Shown here piece by piece: positions 1 to 13,740 of a stretch of DNA of 64,000 bases. Positions within the stretch are counted from its first letter, which is position 1. Each line of letters opens with the position of its first letter. The DNA lies in the NCBI GenBank assembly GCA_964016885.1, contig OZ024741.1:403062001-403126000 (forward strand), written 5' to 3'. A program made the translations under genes and the position numbers. This stretch comes from Eledone cirrhosa. Lineage: Eukaryota. The notes beneath the pieces are model-generated. The model ran no database searches, was not told the DNA's origin, and saw nothing but the letters and a program-made list of their open reading frames with translations.

Positions 1-3000
1 CTACAGTCTCTCTATATTCTCAGCTACTGCCAGAGTTAACTTCCACTACAGTCTCTCTATATTCCCAGTTACTGGCAGACATAACTTCCACTACAGTCTC
101 TCTATATTCTCAGTTACTGCCAGACATAACTTCCACTACAGTCTCTCTACATTCTCAGTTACTGCCAGTGTTAACTTCCACTACAGTCTCTCTATATTCT
201 CAGTTACTGCCACAGTTAAATTCCACTACAGTCTCTCTATATTCTCAGTTACTGCCAGAGTTAACTTTCACTACAGTCTCTCTATATTCTCAGTTACTGG
301 CAGACATAACTTCCACTACAGTCTCTCTATATTCCCAGTTACTGCCAGACATAACTTCCACTACAGTCTCTGTATATTCTCAGTTACTGCCAGACATCAC
401 TTCCACTACAGTCTCTCTATATTCTCAGTTACTGCCAGAGTTAACTTCCACTACAATGTCTCTATATTCCCAGTTACTGCCAGACATAACTTCCACTCCA
501 GTCTCTCTATATTCTCAGTTACTGCCAGAGTTAACTTCCACAACAGTGTCTCTATATTCCCAGTTACTGCCAGACATAACTTCCACTACAGTCTCTCTAT
601 ATTCTCAGTTACTGCCAGAGTTAACTTCCACTACAGTCTCTCTATATTCTCAGTTACTGCCAGACATCACTTCCACTACAGTCTCTCTATATTCTCAGTT
701 ACTGCCAGAGTTAACTTCCACTACAGTCTCTCTATATTCTCAGTTAATGGCAGACATAACTTCCACAAGAGTCTCTCTATATTCTCAGTTACTGCCAGAC
801 ATAACTACCACTACAGTCTCTCTATATTCCCAGTTACAGCCAGACATAACTTCCACTACAGTCTCTCTATATTCTCAGCTACTGCCAGAGTTAACTTCCA
901 CTACTGTCTCTCTATATTCCCAGTTACTGGCAGACATAACTTCCACTACAGTCTCTCTATATTCTCAGTTACTGCCAGAGTTAACTTCCACTACAGTCTC
1001 TATATATTCCCAGTTACTGCCAGACATCACTTCCACTACAGTCTCTCTATATTCTCAGTTACTGGCAGACATCACTTCCACTACAGTCTCTCTATATTCT
1101 CAGTTACTGGCAGACATCACTTCAACTACAGTCTCTCTATATTCTCAGTTACTACCAGACATCACTTCCACTACAGTCTCTCTATATTCTCTCAGTTACT
1201 GACAGACATCACTTCCACTACAGTCTCTCTATATTCTCAGTTACTGCCAGACAAAACTTCCACTACAGTCTCTCTATATTCTCAGTTACTGCCAGACATC
1301 ACTTCCACTACATTCTCTCTATATTCTCAGTTACTGCCAGACATAACTTCCACTACAGTCTCTCTATATTCCCAGTTACTGGCAGAGTTAACTTCCACTA
1401 CAGTCTCTCTATATTCTCAGTTACTGGCATACATAACTTCCACTACAGTCTCTCTATATTCTCAGTTACTGGCAGAGTTATCTTCCACTACAGTCTCTCT
1501 ATATTCTCAGTTACTGGCATACATAACTTCCACTACAGTCTCTCTATATTCTCAGTTACTGGCAGACATAACTTCCACTACAGTCTCTCTATATTCTCAG
1601 TTACTGCCAGAGTTAACTTCCACTACATTCTCTCTATATTCTCAGTTACTGCCTGACATCACTTCCACTACATTCTCTTTATATTCTCAGTTACTGCCAG
1701 AGTTAACTTCCACAAAAGTGTCTCTATATTCTCAGTTACTGCCAGACATCACTTCCACTACAGTCTCTCTATATTCTCAGTTACTGCCAGAGTTAACTTC
1801 CACTACAGTGTCTCTATATTCCCAGTTACTGCCAGACATAACTTCCACTACAGTCTCTCTATATTCTCAGTTACTGCCAGAGTTAACTTCCACAACAGTG
1901 TCTCTATATTCCCAGTTACTGCCAGACATAACTTCCACTACAGTCTCTCTATATTCTCAGTTACTGCCAGACATAACTACCACTACAGTCTCTCTATATT
2001 CCCAGTTACTGCCAGACATAAATTCCACTACAGTCTCTCTATATTCTCAGCTACTGACAGAGTTAACTTCCACTACAGTCTCTCTATATTCCCAGTTACT
2101 GCCAGACATAACTTCCACTACAGTCTCTCTATATTCTCAGTTACTGCCAGAGTTAACTTCCACTACAGTCTCCCTATATTCTCAGTTACTGCCAGACATC
2201 ACTTCCACTACAGTCTCTCTATATTCTCAGTTACTGCCAGAGTTAACTTCCACTACAGTCTCTCTATATTCTCAGTTAATGGCAGACATAACTTCCACAA
2301 CAGTCTCTCTATATTCTCAGTTACTGCCAGACATAACTACCACTACAGTCTCTCTATATTCCCAGTTACTGCCAGACATAACTTCCACTACAGTCTCTCT
2401 ATATTCTCAGCTACTGCCAGAGTTAACTTCCACTACAGTCTCTCTATATTCCCAGTTACTGGCAGATATAACTTCCACTACAGTCTCTCTATATTCTCAG
2501 TTACTGCCAGAGTTAACTTCCACTACAGTCTCTCTATATTCCCAGTTACTGCCAGACATCACTTCCACTACAGTCTCTCTATATTCTCAGTTACTGGCAG
2601 ACATCACTTCCACTACAGTCTCTGTATATTCTCAGTTACTGGCAGACATCACTTCCACTACAGTCTCTCTATATTCTCAGTTACTACCAGACATCACTTC
2701 CACTACAGTCTCTCTATATTCTCTCAGTTACTGACAGACATCACTTCCACTACAGTCTCTCTATATTCTCAGTTACTGCCAGAGTTAACTTCCACTACAG
2801 TCTCTCTATATTCTCAGTTAATGGCAGACATAACTTCCACAACAGTCTCTCTATATTCTCAGTTACTGCCAGACATAACTACCACTACAGTCTCTCTATA
2901 TTCCCAGTTACTGCCAGACATAACTTCCACTACAGTCTCTCTATATTCTCAGCTACTGCCAGAGTTAACTTCCACTACAGTCTCTCTATATTCCCAGTTA

Positions 3001-5029
3001 CTGGCAGACATAACTTCCACTACAGTCTCTCTATATTCTCAGTTACTGCCAGAGTTAACTTCCACTTCAGTCTCTCTATATTCCCAGTTACTGCCAGACA
3101 TAACTTCCACTACAGTCTCTCTATTTTCCCAGTTACTGCCAGAGTTAACTTCCACTACAGTCTCTCTATATTCTCAGTTACTGCCAGCGTTAACTTCCAC
3201 TACAGTCTCTCTATATTCTCAGTTACTGGCAGAGATCACTTCCACTACAGTCTCTCTATATTCTCAGTTACTGACAGACATCACTTCCACTACAGTCTCT
3301 CTATATTCTCAGTTACTGCCAGACATAACTTCCACTACAGTCTCTCTATATTCTAAGTTACTGCCAGACATCACTTCCACTACATACTCTCTATATTTTC
3401 AGTTACTGCCAGACATAACTTCCACTACAGTCTCTCTATATTCCCAGTTACTGGCAGAGTTAACTTCCACTACAGTCTCTCTATATTCTCAGTTACTGGC
3501 ATACATAACTTCCACTACAGTCTCTCTATATTCTCAGTTACTGGCAGATTTATCTTCCACTAAAGTCTCTCTATATTCTCAGTTACTGGCATACATAACT
3601 TCCACTACAGTCTCTCTATATTCTCAGTTACTGGCAGACATAACTTCCACTACAGTCTCTCTATATTCTCAGTTACTGCCAGAGTTAACTTCCACTACAT
3701 TCTCTCTATATTCTCAGTTACTGTCTGACATCACTTCCACTACAGTCTCTCTATATTCTCAGTTACTGCCAGAGTTAACTTCCACTACAGTCTCTCTATA
3801 TTCTCAGTTACTGCCTGACATAACTTCCACTACAGTCTCTGTATATTCTCAGTTACTACCAGACATAACTTCCACTACAGTCTCTCTATAATCTCAGTTA
3901 CTGCCAGACTTAACTTCCACTACATTCTCTCTATATTCACAGTTACTGGCAGACATAACTTCCACTACAGTCTCTGTATATTCTCAGTTACTGCCAGACA
4001 TCACTTCCACTACAGTCTCTCTATATTCTCAGTTACTGCCAGAGTTAATTTCCACAAAAGTGTCTCTATATTCTCAGTTACTGCCAGACATCACTTCCAC
4101 TACAGTCTCTCTATATTCTCAGTTACTGCCAGAGTTAACTTCCACTACAGTGTCTCTATATTCCCAGTTACTGCCAGACATAACTTCCACTCCAGTCTCT
4201 CTATATTCTCAGTTACTGCCAGAGTTAACTTCCACAACAGTGTCTCTATATTCCCAGTTATTGCCAGACATAACTTCCACTACAGTCTCTCTATATTCTC
4301 AGTTACTGCCAGAGTTAACTTCCACTACAGTCTCTCTATATTCTCAGTTACTGCCAGACATCACTTCCACTACAGTCTCTCTATATTCTCAGTTACTGCC
4401 AGAGTTAACTTCCACTACAGTCTCTCTATATTCTCAGTTAATGGCAGACATAACTTCCACTACAGTCTCTCTATATTCTCAGTTACTGCCAGACATAACT
4501 ACCACTACAGTCTCTCTATATTCCCAGTTACTGCCAGACATAACTTCCACTACAGTCTCTCTATATTCTCAGCTACTGCCAGAGTTAACTTCCACTACAG
4601 TCTCTCTATATTCTCAGTTACTGCCAGACATAACTTCCACTACAGTCTCTCTATATTCTCAGTTACTGGCAGACATCACTTCCACTACAGTCTCTCTATA
4701 TTCTCAGTTACTGGCAGACATCACTTCCACTACAGTCTCTCTATATTCTCAGTTACTGGCAGACATCACTTCCACTACAGTCTCTCTATATTCTCAGTTA
4801 CTACCAGACATCACTTCCACTACAGTCTCTCTATATTCTCTCAGTTACTGACAGACATCACTTCCACTACAGTCTCTCTATATTCTCAGTTACTGCCAGA
4901 CATAACTTCCACTACAGTCTCTCTATATTCTCAGTTACTGGCAGAGTTATCTTCCACTACAGTCTCTCTATATTCTCAGTTACTGGCATACATAACTTCC
5001 ACTACAGTCTCTCTATATTCTCAGTTACT

Positions 5030-7200
5030 GGCAGACATAACTTCCACTACAGTCTCTCTATATTCTCAGTTACTGCCAGAGTTAACTTCCACTACATTCT
5101 CTCTATATTCTCAGTTACTGCCTGACATAACTTCCACTACAGTCTGTCTATATTCTCAGTTACTGGCAGACATAACTTCCACTACAGTCTCTCTATAATC
5201 TCAGTTACTGCCAGACTAAACTTCCACTACATTCTCTCTATATTCTCAGTTACTGCCAGACATAACTTCCACTACAGTCTCTCTATATTCTCAGTTACTG
5301 CCAGAGTTAACTTCCACTACAGTCTCTCTATATTCTCAGTTACTGCCAGAGTTAACTTCCACTACAGTCTCTCTATATTCTCAGTTACTGCCAGAGTTAA
5401 CTTCCACTACAGTCTCTGTATATTCTCAGTTACTGGCAGACATAACTTCCACTACAGTCTCTCTATATTCCCAGTTACTGCCAGACATAACTTCCACTAC
5501 AGTCTCTCTATATTCTCAGCTACTGCCAGAGTTAACTTCCACTACAGTCTCTCTATATTCTCAGTTACTGCCAGAGTTAATTTCCACTACAGTCTCTCTA
5601 TATTCACAGTTACTGGCAGACATAACTTCCACTACAGTCTCTGTATATTCTCAGTTACTGCCAGACATCACTTCCATTACAGTCTCTCTATATTCTCAGT
5701 TACTGCCAGAGTTAACTTCCACAAAAGTGTCTCTATATTCTCAGTTACTGCCAGACATCACTTCCACTACAGTCTCTCTATATTCTCAGTTACTGCCAGA
5801 GTTAACTTCCACTACAGTGTCTCTATATTCACAGTTACTGCCAGACATAACTTCCACTACAGTCTCTCTATATTCTCAGTTACTGCCAGAGTTAACTTCC
5901 ACAACAGTGTCTCTATATTCCCAGTTACTGCCAGACATAACTTCCACTACAGTCTCTCTATATTCTCAGTTACTGCCAGACATCACTTCCACTACAGTCT
6001 CTCTATATTCTCATTTACTGCCAGAGTTAACTTCCACTACAGTCTCTCTATATTCTCAGTTACTGGCAGACATATCTTCCACTACAGTCTCTCTATATTC
6101 TCAGTTACTGGCAGAGTTATCTTCCACTACAGTCTCTCTATATTCTCAGTTACTGGCAGACATAACTTCCACTACAGTCTCTCTATATTCTCAGTTACTG
6201 CCAGAGTTAACTTCCACTACATTCTCTCTATATTCTCAGTTACTGCCTGACATAACTTCCACTACAGTCTGTCTATATTCTCAGTTACTACCAGACATAA
6301 CTTCCACTACAGTCTCTCTATAATCTCAGTTACTGCCAGACTAAACTTCCACTACATTCTCTCTATATTCTCAGTTACTGCCAGACATAACTTCCACTAC
6401 AGTCTCTCTATATTCTCAGTTACTGCCAGAGTTAACTTCCACTACAGTCTCTCTATATTCTCAGTTACTGCCAGAGTTAACTTCCACTACAGTCTCTCTA
6501 TATTCTCAGTTACTGCCAGAGTTAACTTCCACTACAGTCTCTGTATATTCTCAGTTACTGGCAGACATAACTTCCACTACAGTCTCTCTATATTCCCAGT
6601 TACTGCCAGACATAACTTCCACTACAGTCTCTCTATATTCTCAGCTACTGCCAGAGTTAACTTCCACTACAGTCTCTCTATATTCTCAGTTACTGCCAGA
6701 GTTAATTTCCACTACAGTCTCTCTATATTCACAGTTACTGGCAGACATAACTTCCACTACAGTCTCTGTATATTCTCAGTTACTGCCAGACATCACTTCC
6801 ATTACAGTCTCTCTATATTCTCAGTTACTGCCAGAGTTAACTTCCACAAAAGTGTCTCTATATTCTCAGTTACTGCCAGACATCACTTCCACTACAGTCT
6901 CTCTATATTCTCAGTTACTGCCAGAGTTAACTTCCACTACAGTGTCTCTATATTCACAGTTACTGCCAGACATAACTTCCACTACAGTCTCTCTATATTC
7001 TCAGTTACTGCCAGAGTTAACTTCCACAACAGTGTCTCTATATTCCCAGTTACTGCCAGACATAACTTCCACTACAGTCTCTCTATATTCTCAGTTACTG
7101 CCAGACATCACTTCCACTACAGTCTCTCTATATTCTCAGTTACTGCCAGAGTTAACTTCCACTACAGTCTCTCTATATTCTCAGTTACTGGCAGACATAT
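5030..7200. repeat. Tandem duplication with a 1,125-bp (25-monomer) period
   Basis: Rare variants recur at +1125: CTATAATC..GACTAAAC (~5196/6321), TCCATTAC (~5674/6799), CACAAAAGTG (ORF starts 5727/6852). Confidence 0.85.
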
Positions 7201-10200
7201 CTTCCACTACAGTCTCTCTATATTCTCAGTTACTGCCAGACATAACTACCACTACAGTCTCTCTATATTCCCAGTTACTGCCAGACATAAATTCCACTAC
7301 AGTCTCTCTATATTCTCAGCTACTGCCAGAGTTAACTTCCACTACAGTCTCTCTATATTCCCAGTTACTGGCAGACATAACTTCCACTACAGTCTCTCTA
7401 TATTCTCAGTTACTGTCAGACATAACTTCCACTACAGTCTCTCTATATTCTCAGTTACTGCCAGAGTTAACTTCCACTACAGTCTCTCTATATTCTCAGT
7501 TACTGCCAGAGTTAAATTCCACTACAGTCTCTCTATATTCTCAGTTACTGCCAGAGTTAACTTCCACTACAGTCTCTCTATATTCCCAGTTACTGCCAGA
7601 CATAACTTCCACTACAGTCTCTGTATATTCTCAGTTACTGCCAGACATCACTTCCACTACAGTGTCTCTATATTCCCAGTTACTGCCAGACATAACTTCC
7701 ACTCCAGTCTCTCTATATTCTCAGTTACTGCCAGAGTTAACTTCCACAACAGTGTCTCTATATTCCCAGTTACTGCCAGACATAACTTCCACTACAGTCT
7801 CTCTATATTCTCAGTTACTGCCAGAGTTAACTTCCACTACAGTCTCTCTATATTCTCAGTTACTGCCAGACATCACTTCCACTACAGTCTCTCTATATTC
7901 TCAGTTACTGGCAGACATAACTTCCACTACATACTCTCTATATTCTCAGTTACTGCCAGACATCACTTCCACTACATACTCTCTATATTCTCAGTTACTG
8001 CCAGACATCACTTCCACTACAGTCTCTCTATATTCTCAGTTACTGCCAGAGTTAACTTCCACTACAGTCTCTCTATATTCTCAGTTAATGGCAGACATAA
8101 CTTCCACAACAGTCTCTCTATATTCTCAGTTACTGCCAGACATAACTACCACTACAGTCTCTCTATATTCCCAGTTACTGGCAGAGTTAACTTCCACTAC
8201 AGTCTCTCTATATTCCCAGTTACTGGCAGAGTTAACTTCCACTACAGTCTCTCTATATTCTCTCAGTTACTGCCAGACATAACTTCCCCTACATACTCTC
8301 TATATTCTCAGTTACTGACAGACATCACTTCCACTACAGTCTCTCTATATTCTCAGTTACTGCCAGACATAACTTCCACTACAGTCTCTCTATATTCTCA
8401 GTTACTGCCAGACATAACTTCCACTACAGTCTCTCTATATTCCCAGTTACTGGCAGAGTTAACTTCCACTACAGTCTCTCTATATTCCCAGTTACTGGCA
8501 GAGTTAACTTCCACTACAGTCTCTCTATATTCTCAGTTACTGGCATACATAACTTCCACTACAGTCTCTCTATATTCTCAGTTACTGGCAGACATAACTT
8601 CCACTACAGTCTCTCTATATTCCCAGTTACTGGCAGAGTTAACTTCCACTACAGTCTCTCTATATTCTCAGTTACTGGCATACATAACTTCTACTACAGT
8701 CTCTCTATATTCCCAGTTACTGGCAGAGTTAACTTCCACTACAGTCTCTCTATATTCTCAGTTACTGGCATACATAACTTCCACTACAGTCTCTCTATAT
8801 TCTCAGTTACTGGCATACATAACTTCCACTACAGTCTCTCTATATTCCCAGTTACTGGCAGAGTTAACTTCCACTACAGTCTCTCTATATTCTCAGTTAC
8901 TGGCATACATAACTTCCACTACAGTCTCTCTATATTCCCAGTTACTGGCAGAGTTAACTTCCACTACAGTCTCTCTATATTCTCAGTTACTGGCATACAT
9001 AACTTCCACTACAGTCTCTCTATATTCTCAGTTACTGGCATACATAACTTCCACTACAGTCTCTCTATATGCCCAGTTACTGGCAGAGTTAACTTCCACT
9101 ACAGTCTCTCTATATTCTCAGTTACTGCCAGACATAACTTCCACTACAGTCTCTCTATATTCCCAGTTACTGGCAGAGTTAACTTCCACTACAGTCTCTC
9201 TATATTCTCAGTTACTGCCAGACATAACTTCCACTACAGTCTCTCTATATTCCCAGTTACTGGCAGAGTTAACTTCCACTACAGTCTCTCTATATTCCCA
9301 GTTACTGGCAGAGTTAACTTCCACTACAGTCTCTCTATATTCTCAGTTACTGGCATACATAACTTCCACTACAGTCTCTCTATATTCTCAGCTACTGCCA
9401 GAGTTAACTTCCACTACAGTCTCTCTATATTCTCAGTTACTGCCAGAGTTAATTTCCACTACAGTCTCTCTATATTCACAGTTACTGGCAGACATAACTT
9501 CCACTACAGTCTCTGTATATTCTCAGTTACTGCCAGACATCACTTCCATTACAGTCTCTCTATATTCTCAGTTACTGCCAGAGTTAACTTCCACAAAAGT
9601 GTCTCTATATTCTCAGTTACTGCCAGACATCACTTCCACTACAGTCTCTCTATATTCTCAGTTACTGCCAGAGTTAACTTCCACTACAGTGTCTCTATAT
9701 TCACAGTTACTGCCAGACATAACTTCCACTACAGTCTCTCTATATTCTCAGTTACTGCCAGAGTTAACTTCCACAACAGTGTCTCTATATTCCCAGTTAC
9801 TGCCAGACATAACTTCCACTACAGTCTCTCTATATTCTCAGTTACTGCCAGACATCACTTCCACTACAGTCTCTCTATATTCTCATTTACTGCCAGAGTT
9901 AACTTCCACTACAGTCTCTCTATATTCTCAGTTACTGGCAGACATATCTTCCACTACAGTCTCTCTATATTCTCAGTTACTGGCAGAGTTATCTTCCACT
10001 ACAGTCTCTCTATATTCTCAGTTACTGGCAGACATAACTTCCACTACAGTCTCTCTATATTCTCAGTTACTGCCAGAGTTAACTTCCACTACATTCTCTC
10101 TATATTCTCAGTTACTGCCTGACATAACTTCCACTACAGTCTGTCTATATTCTCAGTTACTACCAGACATAACTTCCACTACAGTCTCTCTATAATCTCA

Positions 10201-13200
10201 GTTACTGCCAGACTAAACTTCCACTACATTCTCTCTATATTCTCAGTTACTGCCAGACATAACTTCCACTACAGTCTCTCTATATTCTCAGTTACTGCCA
10301 GAGTTAACTTCCACTACAGTCTCTCTATATTCTCAGTTACTGCCAGAGTTAACTTCCACTACAGTCTCTCTATATTCTCAGTTACTGCCAGAGTTAACTT
10401 CCACTACAGTCTCAGTATATTCTCAGTTACTGGCAGACATAACTTCCACTACAGTCTCTCTATATTCCCAGTTACTGCCAGACATAACTTCCACTACAGT
10501 CTCTCTATATTCTCACCTACTGCCAGAGTTAACTTCCACTACAGTCTCTCTATATTCTCAGTTACTGCCAGAGTTAATTTCCACTACAGTCTCTCTATAT
10601 TCACAGTTACTGGCAGACATAACTTCCACTACAGTCTCTGTATATTCTCAGTTACTGCCAGACATCACTTCCATTACAGTCTCTCTATATTCTCAGTTAC
10701 TGCCAGAGTTAACTTCCACAAAAGTGTCTCTATATTATCAGTTACTGCCAGACATCACTTCCACTACAGTCTCTCTATATTCTCAGTTACTGCCAGAGTT
10801 AACTTCCACTACAGTGTCTCTATATTCACAGTTACTGCCAGACATAACTTCCACTACAGTCTCTCTATATTCTCAGTTACTGCCAGAGTTAACTTCCACA
10901 ACAGTGTCTCTATATTCCCAGTTACTGCCAGACATAACTTCCACTACAGTCTCTCTATATTCTCAGTTACTGCCAGACATCACTTCCACTACAGTCTCTC
11001 TATATTCTCAGTTACTGCCAGAGTTAACTTCCACTACAGTCTCTCTATATTCTCAGTTACTGGCAGACATATCTTCCACTACAGTCTCTCTATATTCTCA
11101 GTTACTGCCAGACATAACTACCACTACAGTCTCTCTATATTCCCAGTTACTGCCAGACATAAATTCCACTACAGTCTCTCTATATTCTCAGCTACTGCCA
11201 GAGTTAACTTCCACTACAGTCTCTCTATATTCCCAGTTACTGGCAGACATAACTTCCACTACAGTCTCTCTATATTCTCAGTTACTGTCAGACATAACTT
11301 CCACTACAGTCTCTCTATATTCTCAGTTACTGCCAGAGTTAACTTCCACTACAGTCTCTCTATATTCTCAGTTACTGCCAGAGTTAACTTCCACTACAGT
11401 CTCTCTATATTCTCAGTTACTGCCAGAGTTAACTTCCACTACAGTCTCTCTATATTCCCAGTTACTGCCAGACATAACTTCCACTACAGTCTCTGTATAT
11501 TCTCAGTTACTGCCAGACATCACTTCCACTACAGTGTCTCTATATTCCCAGTTACTGCCAGACATAACTTCCACTCCAGTCTCTCTATATTCTCAGTTAC
11601 TGCCAGAGTTAACTTCCACAACAGTGTCTCTATATTCCCAGTTACTGCCAGACATAACTTCCACTACAGTCTCTCTATATTCTCAGTTACTGCCAGAGTT
11701 AACTTCCACTACAGTCTCTCTATATTCTCAGTTACTGCCAGACATCACTTCCACTACAGTCTCTCTATATTCTCAGTTACTGGCAGACATAACTTCCACT
11801 ACATACTCTCTATATTCTCAGTTACTGCCAGACATCACTTCCACTACATACTCTCTATATTCTCAGTTACTGCCAGACATCACTTCCACTACAGTCTCTC
11901 TATATTCTCAGTTACTGCCAGAGTTAACTTCCACTACAGTCTCTCTATATTCTCAGTTAATGGCAGACATAACTTCCACAACAGTCTCTCTATATTCTCA
12001 GTTACTGCCAGACATAACTACCACTACAGTCTCTCTATATTCCCAGTTACTGCCAGACATAACTACCACTACAGTCTCTCTATATTCTCAGTTACTGCCA
12101 GAGTTAACTTCCACTACAGTCTCTCTATATTCTCAGTTAATGGCAGACATAACTTCCACAACAGTCTCTCTATATTCTCAGTTACTGCCAGACATAACTT
12201 CCACAACAGTCTCTCTATATTCTCAGTTACTGCCAGACATAACTACCACTACAGTCTCTCTATATTCCCAGTTACTGCCAGACATAACTTCCACTACAGT
12301 CTCTCTATATTCTCAGTTACTGCCAGCGTTAACTTCCACTACAGTCTCTCTATATTCTCTCAGTTACTGCCAGACATCACTTCCCCTACATACTCTCTAT
12401 ATTCTCAGTTACTGACAGACATAACTACCACTACAGTCTCTCTATATTCTCAGTTACTGCCAGACATAACTTCCACTACAGTCTCTCTATATTCTCAGTT
12501 ACTGCCAGACATAACTTCCACTACAGTCTCTCTATATTCCCAGTTACTGGCAGAGTTAACTTCCACTACAGTCTCTCTATATTCCCAGTTACTGGCAGAG
12601 TTAACTTCCACTACAGCCTCTCTATATTCTCTCAGTTACTGCCAGACATAACTTCCCCTACATACTCTCTATATTCTCAGTTACTGACAGACATCACTTC
12701 CACTACAGTCTCTCTATATTCTCAGTTACTGCCAGACATAACTTCCACTACAGTCTCTCTATATTCTCAGTTACTGCCAGACATAACTTCCACTACAGTC
12801 TCTCTATATTCCCAGTTACTGGCAGAGTTAACTTCCACTACAGTCTCTCTATATTCCCAGTTACTGGCAGAGTTAACTTCCACTACAGTCTCTCTATATT
12901 CTCAGTTACTGGCATACATAACTTCCACTACAGTCTCTCTATATTCTCAGTTACTGGCAGACATAACTTCCACTACAGTCTCTCTATATTCCCAGTTACT
13001 GGCAGAGTTAACTTCCACTACAGTCTCTCTATATTCTCAGTTACTGGCATACATAACTTCCACTACAGTCTCTCTATATTCCCAGTTACTGGCAGAGTTA
13101 ACTTCCACTACAGTCTCTCTATATTCTCAGTTACTGGCATACATAACTTCCACTACAGTCTCTCTATATTCTCAGTTACTGGCATACATAACTTCCACTA

Positions 13201-13740
13201 CAGTCTCTCTATATTCTCAGTTACTGGCAGAGTTAACTTCCACTACAGTCTCTCTATATTCTCAGTTACTGGCATACATAACTTCCACTACAGTCTCTCT
13301 ATATTCCCAGTTACTGGCAGAGTTAACTTCCACTACAGTCTCTCTATATTCTCAGTTACTGGCATACATAACTTCCACTACAGTCTCTCTATATTCTCAG
13401 TTACTGGCATACATAACTTCCACTACAGTCTCTCTATATTCCCAGTTACTGGCAGAGTTAACTTCCACTACAGTCTCTCTATATTCTCAGTTACTGCCAG
13501 ACATAACTTCCACTACAGTCTCTCTATATTCCCAGTTACTGGCAGAGTTAACTTCCACTACAGTCTCTCTATATTCTCAGTTACTGCCAGACATAACTTC
13601 CACTACAGTCTCTCTATATTCCCAGTTACTGGCAGAGTTAACTTCCACTACAGTCTCTCTATATTCCCAGTTACTGGCAGAGTTAACTTCCACTACAGTC
13701 TCTCTATATTCTCAGTTACTGGCATACATAACTTCCACTA
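5490..13740. repeat. Large near-tandem duplication, offset 3,872 bp (86 monomers + 2), with about 0.5 kb extra in the second copy
   Basis: ORFs 5727..6323 and 9599..10195 translate identically and 6852 maps to 10724 (both +3872). After ~12050 the offset becomes ~4369 (TTCCCCTACATAC at ~8284 and ~12653). Confidence 0.85.

Noticed and set aside
11-20. TATA-like CTATAT in every monomer and TATAAT (-10-like) in the TAA variants
   Set aside because: Short AT motifs within a repeat, with no -35 element or downstream gene. No support for promoter function.
36-70. Each monomer resembles a 3' splice site (TTAAC branch-like motif, pyrimidine tract, CAG)
   Set aside because: Expected by chance in pyrimidine-rich sequence. 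An intervening AG (CTACAG) lies between the motif and the acceptor, and there is no donor site or gene context.
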